This document shows positions 51,268 through 64,000 of a stretch of 64,000 nt of DNA, piece after piece. Below the pieces are notes generated by a model, which was given only the letters and a program-made list of their open reading frames with translations, was not told the origin of the DNA and ran no database searches. The stretch comes from Lophium mytilinum (taxonomy: Eukaryota), in assembly GCA_010093605.1 (NCBI GenBank), contig MU004188.1, positions 561,673 to 625,672 on the forward strand, read 5' to 3'. The first letter of the stretch is position 1. The number at the start of each line of letters is the position of its first letter. The position numbers and the translations under genes were made by a program.

Positions 51268-52078
51268 ATGGCCTCCCCCCAAGACGACGACGACAGCCTC
51301 GACGCCCTCAACTCGCTCGAAAAAGAAGCCAAAGAATTCGACAAGGTACTTTCCCCTCCCTGCCCCCCAAAACATAAAACCACGCACTAACCAAGTCTCC
51401 AGGATGCCGAAATCGCCCGTATGCACTTCACCCCCTCCCTCAACCCCTCCCCCAAACCCTCAACTAACCTCCTTCCCGCCCGCAGGCATCCTCTCCGCCT
51501 TCAAACTCGACGCCTACGCCATCCTCGACCTCCAACCGGGCGTCCCCGAATCCGACATCAAAGCCTGCTACCGCAAAAAGTCGCTCCTAATCCACCCGGA
51601 CAAAACCTCCAACCCCTCCGCGCCCGACGCCTTCGACCTGCTCAAAAAAGCGCAGCTGGAGCTCATGGACGACAAGCACCGCGCACGGCTCGACGAAGCC
51701 ATCGCCGACGCGCGCATGCTGCTCATGCGCGAGCACAAGTGGACGGCCGACTCGCCGGAGACGCGTACTAAGGAGTTTGCGGTGGATTGGCGCGAGAAGA
51801 CGAAGGAGGTGCTGATTGATAACGAGTTAAGGCGGCGGAAGCAGCTGAAGGCGCAGTTGCAGGAGGAAGGGCGGGCGCAGCGGAAGGAGGAGGAGGAGGT
51901 GGAGGCGCGGAAGCGGAAGAGGGAGCATGATCAGGCGTGGGAGCAGAGTCGGGAGCAGCGGATTGGGAGTTGGCGGGATTTTAAGGGGGGCAAGGGGGAG
52001 GCGAAGAAGGGGACGGGGGATGGGGAGGGGGAGAGGCCGAAGATGAAGAAGAAGAAGAAGATCAAGGCGCTTGGGTGA
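51268..52078 (+). CDS. SPF31: J-domain protein Spf31/DNAJC8 type; includes a 16-nt micro-exon (51403-51418)
   Basis: Spliced EAKEFDK|DAEIAR|ILSAFKLDAY, YRKKSLLIHPDK (HPD motif) and WEQSREQRIGSWRDF. Confidence 0.88.
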
Positions 52079-53288
52079 GGAGGGGCGGTTGGGGGCTGTG
52101 ACCAGTGTTGGTGGGGGAGGGTGCTGAGCTGAGTGATGAGCGAAGAACCGGCATGTGACGGACGTGCTGGTGAAGCCTATCGGTTTCTTGCATGCGGGTG
52201 ATGGGATTCAAGGCGTCTTATGGGTGCTGGAGTTTGGCTCGGCTTGCTGAGGCTGGCGATGGCGTCAGGCATGGCCCTGCTTCATTTCACGGGAGCGAAC
52301 TCCAAGTTCAGAGATCATCGGATTGACAGAGCGGCTCATATTGCACTGAGCCCTCAGGCCATGCTATTCTCTACAATACACGATACAAATATGGCCCATT
52401 GGTGTATAAATGGTGACCCCGAAAGAGCCCTTCATCTCCAGCATCATCCTCCTCACAATCTGCGAGCCTGCCAAAACGCTGACCGCGAACCATGGGCGAC
52501 CTCCCCCACACGAGCCAACAGGCGTGACGACGGCGTCGTACAAGCCAGGACGCGACCGTTAGCCAGCGTCACTGCCTGACCAACCGTGCATGAGGCCTGC
52601 AGCCGCATCGTTAAAATTCCCCGAAGACGCCCAATCAGCCCGCACCACAAGCCACAGCGTGCCCACAGATCGCTGCTGTTGGTGATCCCGTTGCATGGAA
52701 TCCGCGTCCACCACAACGCCCTTGCCCACGCAAGAGCTCGCCGGATCCCCTCGAGCGCTGGTCATGCGTAAGCTCCCCCCGTCCCATAATAAGAAACCAT
52801 TGTCCCCGGCTCTTGTCCTTTAAATGCTTTCCAACGCCTCGTATGCGCCGTCCTGGCTGTTCTCAACCACCGAGATTACATGCCTGTCCTTGGCCCCCCT
52901 CTCTTATTTCCCCCTCCCTCCCCTGCCTCGCACATGTGTATAGGTATGCCCATGTATCCCCGCCGTGACCATAATGGAAAACTTGGTGAACCCGGAAAAT
53001 CTGTGGTATCTCTTTCGTTTAGGAATAATGACGCGCTCGGATGCAATGAGACGGGGTGCCTGCGCAAGACACACACACACAGGTCCAACCCCCTGGTAAA
53101 AAGATTATATGCTGCGCTACATCAGATTCGTACAACGTTTGTATTTGGAAGGGGAGCGACAAGGCCAGCTCGTCATTTCAGTCGCAAATCCGGTGGCGCC
53201 AGTTTCTCTTCTAAGTCGTTGCAATTCCCGCAGTGGGCCTTTCGTGTATTATTATAACCCAGGGTGCGTGTACCTCTGTATTCCTTGC

Positions 53289-55340
53289 TCACTCCAACAC
53301 TTCGTGTATGTTCAGTCGTCGTCGCTTTTCAGGTGTTTCTGGTTGTGCTTCCGTGCCGGGCGAGGCTTCTCGTCGTCGAACTCGATCTCGGTGGCTTTCT
53401 CCAAACTCTTGTCCTAGTGGTGATGGTAGTGGCGGTGCAGGTGTAGTGCGGATCGGCGGGAGTTGGAGTCCTTCTAGTCGCGGAGGTCCCCCCTCCCGAA
53501 AGGGCCCTTGTCTTGGATCTGACGTGGCAGATTGCGGTCGTGAAGATGGCACATAGGGAGACGGATGAGACAAGGGTTGGTATGTTTGGAAATAACCAGG
53601 CTCTAGAGCAGTTGGAGAGTACCCATACGCAGGGCTATGAGTATACTGAGGGCTGCTCAGAGGAGCTTGGGGGAGCGAAGTCCTGATGGCGGAGAAATTG
53701 TAGTATGGTGACGATGGAGCAGAGGTGCTTGCCGAGGAGGCTGGGCGAGAGTATTGACCGTAATCGCGTGGAGGTGCCGAAGTGGGTCCTGATGTAGGTC
53801 CTGAAGGTACCCCGGGCTGAATGGGTGTTGGAGGCGCCATGTACGATGTCAGCAACGGAGCTGGACCAGCACTTCGTGGCATGTGAACGACGAGAGTAAC
53901 AAAGTACACTGACGCTTTCGCGAGCCGGATTTGTACCTGCAAGGATTGGATCTGCCCGTTTGGCATGCGGAAGTTAAAGAGGTGGGGACGGTCTGTATAC
54001 CCCTGACTGACGAGATCGACGTCGCTCTCAGGGACTGCCTGAATAGGGTCCGGTTGTCCTTGTGGAGTGATAGGAGCCATGTAAGCTGGGTCTCGGTCGT
54101 CGCGCTCCTCTCGAAGGCTATTGCGTAGTCGTTGCAGTATGTCTCGATGGCCAAAATCAACCAGCTCCGTAAAGTTCTTTCCCCGGTGGTCTCCCGCTAT
54201 TAGATCCCTGAATGCCTGGTTGGACCGCAATATTACCAGATCCAAGTTCATGAAAGCCACCGGGCGCACATAGGGTCCCATGTTCGAACCGGGGTATGGC
54301 GCCGTTGTGAACCCCCCGAGGGTGCCTATACTCGTCGGACGCGTCACCGAGCTCGGCAGCAATGGCTGCTGAGAAACAAGGGGCCTCACATCGGACCCTC
54401 GCTGAGACCTCCTGAGACCTTGCGAAGGGTCATGTTCTTGCTGCGATTGCAATAGCGGCCGCGGGATGAAATCAGACTCTGCGGCGGATAGCGTCAACGT
54501 TCGGTTCAACGACTCCCTTACGCCCTCTCGTCTCAGAGTAAACCTCTCTAGCTCTCTTTCATCTTGGTCTCGAAGTCTTGGTCTTCCTCTCTTCTTGTGT
54601 TGCACATCCCTGCATGAGTCCTATATTTAATCTGTCAGTCCGGGATCAAGACGCGCAATGCGTGCATGTCAACGGTCGGACATTTGGGTAAGTACCTGTT
54701 TTCCAGCATGGAGACAGCGAATACATGGCCTCTGTACGTCGCAACTGAGATGCGCTTTCTTGCAGTTGACGCATGCCGACGCAACGTGTTGTTTAGTTCT
54801 TCGTGCGGTTTTGTTGGGTCGCAAAGGTTGTGGAGCAGCAATCGCCGTCGGCTGCACTTGGGGACCCGGCCCTGGACCTCCGAGCACAGTACGAGCACCA
54901 CCATGAGACCCAGGAAATCCAAACTCATACGGTTGAGGCGCCTGTACCCCGCCGAAAGCGGGGCCTTGGATGACATGGCCTTGCTGATACTGGACCGGAC
55001 CTCGTGGCTGCTCCCCTCCGGCATAACGCTGGTGCTGCTGCGGTATGCCCTGAGCCAACGTGGAAAGTCGCGGGTCTACTGGGGCTGCCACAGGCTCTCT
55101 GGACCGAGGCGGCTGGTTGGCGGCTGGTGGGTAGGGATGGCCCTCTTCGTCAGGATATCGAGCGGAGCGTCGACCGGGCGACTGAGACTCTGACATGGGA
55201 GGAGATGGATAGCTGTAAGGTCCCGACGTACCAGAACTAAAAGGCTGGGGGAAGCTGACCAGGTCACTACCTGGCCGTTGACGTCGCCCAGAAGGCGTTT
55301 GGTGGAGAGTGCACGGCGGAGGCAAGGCCAGTATATTCAT
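53289..55340 (-). CDS. Zn(II)2Cys6 transcription factor with a PAS-like region, 1 intron
   Basis: HVASACVNCKKAHLSCDVQRPCIRCLHAGKQ|DSC (CX2CX6CX5CX2CX8C) followed by KKRGRPR. PAS-like VAFMNLDLVILRSNQAF. Intron at 54621-54695. Start could be 55340 or 55196. Confidence 0.9.
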
Positions 55341-58300
55341 CGCTCTTCGCGCGCTATGCTCGAGTCCCGCGGGTGCAGCAGGAGTCAAAGGCTGGGTGCT
55401 GGTAGTGGCAGTCCCGGAGTTGGCCGGTGGGTATACTTCCTCCGGCGCGTAACGTGGAGTCTTGCAGAACGTGGAAGATGTTGCAATCCACTGAGGCTGC
55501 ATGTCGTAAGCAACGGCGAGGGGCCAACGACATGGACAGAAGACTGGACGAGAGGACTATGTCTGATGGACCACGACATGGCCCGAGCAATAGCGCCGGG
55601 GAGATATAAAAAAGATATGACCAACACAGGGGGCAAGAGAAGTGAGGGGCGTGCGAGGAAAGCGAGCTGGGTACCTTTTGATATTGCTTTTGGGCCCATC
55701 AACAGCCGCAAGACTCGTCCACGCGACGCTGGGGGGACAAAGAGAGAGCGGTGGTCTGTCTGACTCGGGGCTCAGCTCGCGAGCAAATGGCAGCGGTGTT
55801 GAGGTCAGTGGAGGACGGCGGGGAGCATGGCGGCAGCTTCGCGGCGGAGGTGCTTAAGGAGCTTCCCTGGCTCGGCGGAGATCACCTGGTATTAACTCGA
55901 TCTCAGAGATCTCGTCGGGATCCTTGTTTACACCTGCAGATGGTGGACTACAGCCATGGCACGGAGGCAGCGCGGCCTGGGTCCGCGTTCGGCTGATGGT
56001 TCGTCGACCAAGCAGCTGGCCGTGTCGTTGGTGTCGGGGCTGGGGCGGTGCCGGAAGCGTGCATAGAGGCCGTCGGGGGATGGGCAGGGTGAGCAGAGGG
56101 AGTTGCGCGGGTGGATCGCCGTGGACAGCCTTGCCAGTGCTCCAGAAAGGGTCTCCAGGGCCTCATTGCCAATTCGATAGCGGCGAGGACGCGCTGATTG
56201 CTTTTGACGGCTCGCGCCCCGAGGGGAGCGAATAAGGTTGGTGAAGGCGGGCAGATGGCGAATGTGGCTGCACACTGACAGGCCCCAAGCAGCCGGACAC
56301 CCCCCCCATTCGCGGGCCGCGACTAGGGAGCTTGATGGCGCTCCCAGGTCTTCAGCCCTCAGACTGCTCTCCTCCACCCACAGCCATGCCTCCGCGCCCC
56401 TTCACGCCCCTCTGGCACCCCTCTGGCACCCCTCACCAAGCAAACACTGAGCTGGAGCCGCCGGCGTGGAGAGGCTGAGGCCGCGCGATGGCGAACGTCG
56501 TGGCCCGGTTTGATCGACGCCTCCCGGCGAGGCTTGACGAGCATCCGGGTGAGGGCTCGATGCGCCTGAGCCCTCACTGGCCAGCGCCGGCAGCAGCCAC
56601 AGGCCATGAGGGACGACGACGCTCGCGTCACCAGCCCCCTAGCCAGCTGAGCCACAGGCCTGCACCGTCGAGACCGCCTGCGACGACGACGACGACGACG
56701 ACATCACCGACGGCAAGACGACGGCAGCCCGACGGCAGCAGACGGCGCCCATGTGAGAGCGTTGGTGCCGGGGACCGCGAGGCCCAGCCATGGAGGTCGC
56801 GCCTCGTCGTCCCATGGTTGGAGACGCCGCTAGCGACGAGCTGCCTCATGCTGCTCGCGCAGGCGATCCTCGTCGCCCACCATCCCCCCGCCCTCAGTGG
56901 CATCGAGTCGAGAGCGGCGGACTGCGCGCCGGGCGCCAATCTCCACTGCGCCAGACGCTGGATGCTGCAGCAATGGAGCCATGACGCTGTCCATATACAT
57001 AGCCGTGGGGAGCCTCCAATGCCACAATTGCCCGCAAAGTGCTCGCCCAGGGAAGGGTAGGAGGCTGCAAGTCAGAGCAGGGCCTGCCGGGACGGGCATC
57101 ATGCCGCCCAAAATGCTCCGGTGCTATCGATCAGGCCGTCGACGATCATTAGCAAAACGTCCGAATGCACCAGCAGGCCGAGACGAAGGTGGTCAGCGCC
57201 GGCGCGCTCTAGCATCGCCAGCGCCACACGACGGCCAGAGTGCGGCGACGATATGCGGGAGGGATGGCGGAGGGGCTGGAGGTGCAGAGCATGTGACAGC
57301 AGGAGTCTGATTCCACTAGGGGGCCCACCGAGTGAATGTACTCACGTAGGTAATAGTGCACTCCTCCGTAACGTCAGCTTATGTTTCCGCACAGAGCTGC
57401 GGCGCAGTGCAGACCAAGAGCAAGCAGGGACAGCGGTATCTTCCTTCGGGGATGCTGAAGAGAGGTCCGCTGCTGGGAGGTTGACGGCCTGCAGGGAGGT
57501 CTACAGGGAGACTGTGGGGAGCGCGCATCCGGAATGGCGGGCGCCCAGTCCAAGCGAGTCGTCGAATATTGGGTGCGGCGGCTGTCAGAGCCCGAAAGGG
57601 ATGCTGGCTGCAGGACATGGACGAGCGATGTTGGGATGTGGAGTCGCTAGTGCTTGCGCCCAGCGATCGCCTTGGGGCGGCGAGCAATAATGCGGATTGT
57701 ATTGGCCGCCCACTATTGCCATCTGCCATGCTCAATTTTCAACTGGCTCGGGCGATAGGATCGCGATGACAGAGCACGCGCAGATCGCGGTGAGAGAACG
57801 TGAGAGTCAGAGGACGCTCTCCCTGGAGCTGCAAGTATTTGCATCTCAACTTCCATCGTACCTCCGGTACCTCCCCTAGGGACGTGCTATCGCCGGAGGA
57901 CTTGGCGGTTGTGGTTAGAGACACAACGCAAACCACGATCGACCGGGTCGCTGGCCGAGAAGGTTGGCGCCGCGGCAAACGCAGCTCGAGGTCCGCCTGT
58001 GGTGCATGTCGGCAGCGTCGTGTGCTGCAGGTTGCTGCAGGAGCTGCAGGCGGCCGTGATCCCAGCGAGCCTTAACGGCGTGGGAGGGCAGATCCAGGGA
58101 TTGCGTGTTTAGGAGAGCCATAAATGGAAGTTCAATCTTATAGCTGTTTATTGGTTATTTAACGACACGAAGCGCGCCCTGACTCTGCCAACGGCCTCCC
58201 CGATCCGGTTTCCTGGTAATGCAGAGCTTCTGCAGCCGCGCTAGCTCCCACTGTCTACGCAATCAACATCCCGCGCTGGTGTTGACGCGAACAGCTCGGT

Positions 58301-59313
58301 TTCCCGCTCTCCAGCCAGTCTGAGAGCCCTCAGGGCCATCGGCGCTCTCGTGTGCCCAGCTGGAGGGCCCGAAGCTGACAGGATACCGCGGATGACCCGC
58401 GGGATCGGCGAACTGGTTCCTGGGCAGGCACACGTTGTGCCATTGAAAAAGAGTGTTCGCGGGGGTCTCTGTCGCAGGGATGAGGGGTCCATCGCTGGCA
58501 AGGCACAGTTGCGACCAGCCTGATTTGCGCTGGGAGCGGGCCGTTCAGCCCTCTAGGCGCGCTTGGGCTCTCGCGGCTCGTCGACCAGTGTGCGACGTCC
58601 GCGAAGGATTCCGCCGTGCCATCGCAGCGCCCGTGGAGTCGTGTGAGCCGCCGCAATCGACCGGGGGATGCCCTGGATCGAGAAGGTCGCGTCAGCACAA
58701 TCGGCTCATCGTGAAGTCATGGCCATGTTGCGGGCTCGCAAAGTACCGCCATGCGGCTCCATCGAGCGCCGGCTGTCCACGCCTTTGTACAAAACGAGCA
58801 TGACAGCGGCGTCCGTAAGCGATGTGGACAGAATCGGCAGAGGCCTCCCTCGTTCTTCGAGAAGAAAGTGGGTCCGGTCCCTTGCCCGTGTTCCAAGCGG
58901 TATGTGCTAGCACCAAACGGAAAGCAATAAATCAGATCAATATCAGTCGAATAAATAGCTGTATTGAGCCCCCGGCCCCTGCCGCACGCCAGGAACCGCC
59001 TCTTGTCGCGTGCCGTGCTGCATAAACTACGCGTGAGATCGGGCATCTGCGAGCTACGGACAATTCTTCGGGTAAATCAGCGTGATGAGTATTTCCCCGG
59101 TCTCTGTGCACCCTTCTCTTGTGGCGCCCAGCATTGCCTCATATAGTGCGCCCCCCAGACAATAGTGCTCGTCGCCGGCTATTGCGTGCAGTCTGTCGCT
59201 GTCGCCCTATCTTGCGCAGATGGCAGTAAGTTCGGCCACCACAATTGCAAATACCCACTTTACCGTCTACCGGGTCCGTCCCACAGCTCGCCCACGCCCA
59301 AAGCGGACGACAC

Positions 59314-62121
59314 TCAGATCTTCCTTTTCTTGGACGGCCGGGCATTCTTCTCCTTGCGCCTCTCCTTCAACTTGCGTTGCTTCCGGACGTCCTCGACGCC
59401 TCGCAGCTCGTTCTTGGCATCGCCGTCTCTGAATTTGCCAACCCGCTTCTCCTTAGCCTCTTGCACCCTCTGCTTCCTCACGTGATAATCGTCCCTATAC
59501 TTGTCCGCCTCTTTAGGTGCTTTTTCTGACTTGTGCTTGAACCGTCGTCCGGTGTCGCGCGGCGCAGATGTGCTAGCCGACTCCAGCTCGCCTATGCGTG
59601 GCAGGCGGCCGACTTTGTTCGATTTTCTCCACTTGTCAAAACGCCCACTGCGAAAACTCGCCGCAATCTTCATACCACTCTCGCCTCGTACCATTCGGGT
59701 ACCTTTGGATCCGTCAGTGTCGTTGGACGTAGCCACATACTTTTTGCTTTTCTTGTCCCAACGCATGCGGGCCTTGCTGCCCTGGCCAATGGCGCTGTCA
59801 TCATTGTTGAGATCCATCGTAGCGCCCCGGGCCGCTTCCACGAATGAGGGTTGGTGGGAGTGGACCGAGTACCCACGATCTTCGGCCAGATTCGTAGATT
59901 TCGGGGCGTATGACATGAAATGCTCGGAATCCTCCCAGCCGTCTTTGGTCGCATCACCTGATGCTGGCTGAGAAAGGAATACCTCCATCTCATCTGAACC
60001 TGCATCGCTATCCACATCTGACTGCGCCATCTCCTGTACGGCGATCTCTTTCTTGTCGACGTGCTGCATCAAGCTAGGAGCGGCATGGTCGATTGGTGCG
60101 GCGATTGTGGGACCATTGCCAGAGCGGTGGCGCCGATGTTCCAAATGCTGTCGTGTCTTGCGCATGACTTCGGCTGCTTCACCGCCACCACCCGAACGCT
60201 TCCCGAGCTCAAACACAGTCTCGAGCGGCCTAAACCCACTCACTTTCGCCAGCATATTTTCCCTTTCCAATTGGAGAGAGGAAATGTCATCCGCAAAGAG
60301 CAAGTTGACCTCCGAGAGTTTCCCGGAAGAAACTAATCCCTTGGCTCTCTTCACACTTTGGGTGGACGCAGCATTGCGCGTACTCTTGTAAAGCTTGAAG
60401 CCTTTTGCAGCCACATCGTGCAGCGACAACAAGTCTAGATCCTCGTTTCGACGCTTTGCCACCGCTTCGCAAGCGCTCTCGAGCCTATCACGCACGAGTG
60501 TACCTACCACGATATCTTGGGCGAAGCTGAAGTCTGCAGTAGGTTCCCGCCCAAGTACAAGTCGTCGAGACAGGAAGAGCTGAAGGTCGAGAAGGTAGGG
60601 AGCCTCAGCATCCCCTACGAGACTGTAGCTCCAGCCCTTCAGCCCTGCTCTTGCCGTACGCCCGACTCGATGGACGTAAATTTTTGGTTGAGGGGGAAAC
60701 TACCATTGTCAGTACTTTGGAGGGGCAGTCATAGCAATACTCCGCGACTCACATCGTAGTTGATGACATTAGCTAACACTGGGATGTCGATACCTCTTGC
60801 AGCGACATCTGTAGTTACAAGGATAGACGTAATGCCTGACCGGAAGTCCTGGACTGCTTGAGATCGAGCCATTTGGTCAAGAGACCCGTACACTATCTCC
60901 GTCAGTAAATGCTAACAGCAATAGGGGGACATGGTACGAACCGTACGACGTAGCGTATCCCAAAGATCGCAACAATGCGGCCAGGTATTCTACATGATGC
61001 TTTGTAGAGGCGAATACAATTGTCGAATGTTCCGTGGGTGAGTCTTTTGCATTGGTGCCCTCATGCGCTCGCTTCCTCTTCTTACCCGTAGCCACGGCAG
61101 CTTCTCTCGACTTCGAAGCTGTCTGCCCAGTGGGTAAGTTGATGATGTCTTGAAGTATGTGCATAAGTGCTCCATCCTTCTCGGCACTCTTGACTGTAAA
61201 GAAAACACTCTCGAGATTCGGCGAAATTTTACTCTCGGCATCAAGGCGAATTAGCTTGGGCTCCTGGAGGCCAGCCCTTGCGAATTCGACCAAGGATTTA
61301 GGAAGCGTTGCAGAGAATAACAGTGTTTGTCGGGAGGTCGGCAAGGCGTGGAGGATTTCTGCGAGCTGCGCGGCAAAACCCATCTCGAAGAGTCGGTCGG
61401 CTTCATCGAATACCATGTATCGAACGGAGCTGAGGTCGAGCTGCATCTCTACCTTAAGATGCAGAAGCCGTCCTGGAGTGGCAATGATTACGTCGGGATT
61501 AGTCGCCATAGAAGTGAATTGATCCTCCAGAGACTCTCCTCCCACCAACAATATAGTTCTGAGATCTGTTCCACGACCCAAGTCCTTGATGACTTTGAGC
61601 GTCTGAAGTGCGAGCTCTCTGGAAGGTGACATGACGATGGCCCTCGCGCCAACTTTAGCAGAATGGCCTTTTAGTTTGTTGATTAATGGCATCACAAACG
61701 CAGCCGTCTTTCCAGAGCCAGTACGAGCCATTCCAACGACGTCTTGACCGTCTAGAATCAGTGGGACGATTTTTCGCTGGATTGGTGTTGGAATCTGGAA
61801 ACCCTTCCGTGTGATAGCCTTTAGGAGCGTTGGGTTGAGGCCCATAGCCTGAAACCCTCCGCCTTTCTTCACAGTGTTGCCCTTCAAGCTCGAGGATTTC
61901 CGATTTGAAGCTGCTTGTTGTGCAGCAATGAATTCCTCGTCACCAGAGTCGCCGGAGTCGAGTCCACCAAGCTCCAGCTCTTTTCCAAGGTCGGTAGCCT
62001 GCCCTGCACGGCTCTTCCGGGGTCCATTGCTGCCGTCAAAAGCATCAAGGTCGTTGAAAAGGGCGTTGGAAATATCGTATTCGTTCTCCGAAAGCGCGGG
62101 AGAGCTTGCTCGTGGTGCCAT
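59314..62121 (-). CDS. DBP10: DEAD-box RNA helicase Dbp10/DDX54, 2 introns
   Basis: [49 protein letters not shown] and the DBP10CT-like WDKKSKKYV...[16 protein letters not shown]. Confidence 0.96.
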
Positions 62122-62348
62122 CGCGGGTTATTGGCGCGCTGCGCGGATTTCTCGTACTGATGCTAAGCGCGAGACATTCGCCGCTGTGATTACACAGAGC
62201 TGTCTAGGTGCCCTGTATGTGGTGTCTACGTCGGAAGGTTGGGTGATGTCGCATCAAAAAAGTTCAGATCTCAGGTTTCGAGCCCCACAATTATTTTGCT
62301 AGTCTTGGCACGTTCCTGCGGCGGGGGAAAGAACGCCGGGGCCGGACG

Positions 62349-62363
62349 GCGCGTTGAACGCGA
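62349..62363. promoter_or_regulatory. MCB-like cores upstream of RFA2
   Basis: GCGCGTT and AACGCGA about 80-90 bp upstream of the ATG. Confidence 0.5.
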
Positions 62364-62441
62364 CTGCCTTGTGAAATAGACCTCAGACCTCTAGCAAACC
62401 GTGTCTATCAACAATCAATCTCTTCCATAGCAATTCTAGCC

Positions 62442-63416
62442 ATGAGTAAAATCCCTCCGCCTCAAATTCCGCATCTCGCTAACCCAATCCCCAGGTTACG
62501 GCAATTACGATTCGTACAACACGACCTCCTACGGCGCCCAAGGCGGGGCGGGCGGTGGTGGTTTCATACCCGGAGATGGCAGTCAGAACAGTCCCAGCGG
62601 CAACAAAGTACGATACCTTGCCCTAGACCACAGAGCATAGCTAAATGCGGTTCGCAGGGCTATGGCAAGGATACACTGCGGCCTGTGACCATCAAGCAGC
62701 TCATCGACGCGCAGCCCATGCACCAGGAGGGCGAGTTCAAAGTGGACGGCGCAGAGATCACAACGGTAAATCATCTCACCTCCTCGCCCATGCCGCAAGA
62801 GAGCTCATAGCCCCAGATCACAGTAGTCGGTCAGATTCGCAACATCTCTATGCAGACGACAAATGTCACGTACAAACTCGACGACGGCACTGGCACAATT
62901 GAGGTGAAGAAATGGGTCGATTCCGATGCGGCACAAAACGCATCAGAGACCAAGCTTGCAGATAACATGTACGTTCGGGCATGGGGGAAGCTAAAGTCAT
63001 ACGGCAACAAGCGACATGTCGGCGCAACCGTCATCAGGCCAATCACAGACCACAACGAAATATCGTATCACTTGCTGGAAGCCACGGTTGTCCATCTCGA
63101 GCTGACTCGTGGCCCTCCGGACTCAGCAAGCAAGGGCGCGAATGCCAATGGTGCTCAACAAGCGTACCAGCAATCAGGATATGGGGCTGCGGATGACATG
63201 AGCCATACCAGCGGTATGAGTGCAGTAGCGAAGAAGGTCTACCAGTGCCTCAAGACGACACCTCAAACAAACGAGGGGCTCCACCAACAAGATATCGCCG
63301 CGCGATTGAAGCTCGACATTGCCGAAGTTTCGAAGGCCGGAGACGACCTTCTGCAGCTAGGGGTGATTTACACGACTGTCGACGATGTCACATGGGCTGT
63401 TCTCGAGATGGATTAG
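62442..63416 (+). CDS. RFA2: Replication protein A 32 kDa subunit, 3 introns
   Basis: GGAGGGGFIPG, TLRPVTIKQL, OB fold YKLDDGTGTIEVKKW, and winged helix ending GVIYTTVDDVTW. Confidence 0.96.
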
Positions 63417-64000
63417 GGCAAATATATTGGCGTACTGGTTTGGGGCTTTTGGGATGCTGACTGGCGCCAGAGTGTAGCGGAATTTTGCACGAGGCCATAG
63501 TTACTCCATTGATTGAGCGTGGAAGCATGAATGTATATGTGCTTAACGACTCGACACTGCGTTTGTAGAGAGAAACAGAACGCATGCTGCTACGATAGCT
63601 GACGCCACAACTGTAAAGACCTTTTGATCGAATTAGCCATGCACATTAAATGATGTGTCTGCAATCTGTTGCTAACCATCTGCGTTTTCCACCCCGATTG
63701 AACCAGCGCGGTCCTTCTACTATATCGCGTTACAGTCCTGATGTAGTTGGCTATTCCAGATATAAGGCAGGCAAGTGCAAGAAGCCAAAAAATGATACCG
63801 AACGGCAGAGCAAGTCGTCTCTCTGTAGCCAGTTAGCGCGATGGCTCATCAGCGTTGGCAAAATGCTCACCTAATTCGCTAGGTTTGGTCTTGAGATGGA
63901 ATGACATAACTATAGCAACCGAAACTATGGCCATATAAATAGCCAACCGCAACCAGGACAAGAACGCTATCGAGTCAGATGATTAGTTAAGTCGTTTCTA

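Noticed and set aside
428..63416. Co-location of replication genes (ORC1, CDC9, RFA2) and two DEAD-box helicases as a functional cluster
   Set aside because: They are interspersed with unrelated genes over 60 kb, which is compatible with an ordinary conserved housekeeping region. Only the shared promoter motifs are reported.

Overview
Gene-dense eukaryotic DNA from a filamentous ascomycete. Short spliceosomal introns with CTRAC branch sites and the protein sequences suggest a Dothideomycete, but that assignment is inference. I can support 19 protein genes, mostly housekeeping: beta-tubulin, a HEM25-type mitochondrial carrier, PRP46, ORC1, an ADA-1-like bZIP factor, a DDHD phospholipase, a small membrane protein, taspase-1, ARP3, a repeat-containing coiled-coil protein, two tandem F-box-like paralogs, MIX23, DNA ligase I (CDC9), DBP4, an SPF31/DNAJC8 J-protein, a Zn2Cys6 factor with a PAS-like region, DBP10 and RFA2. 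I found no CRISPR array, rRNA, intact tRNA, intact transposon or secondary-metabolite cluster, and I cannot support a wholly new multi-gene system. The most interesting signals are at the RNA-processing level. The taspase gene needs two GC-AG introns and has an AUG-less upstream open frame. CDC9 has two alternative 5' splice donors that each rebuild a PCNA-binding PIP box, plus a probable mitochondrial N-terminal extension. The tandem F-box-like paralogs differ by one intron. ORC1 has a long, apparently self-duplicated intron. Other signals are a decayed ORF with a C-to-T-mutated tandem duplication at 6.2-7.4 kb, shared MCB-like and RRPE-like promoter motifs, an 11 kb gene-poor region upstream of the bZIP gene and a tRNA-like B-box remnant. 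Gene names come from recognising motifs by eye; no database search was run.
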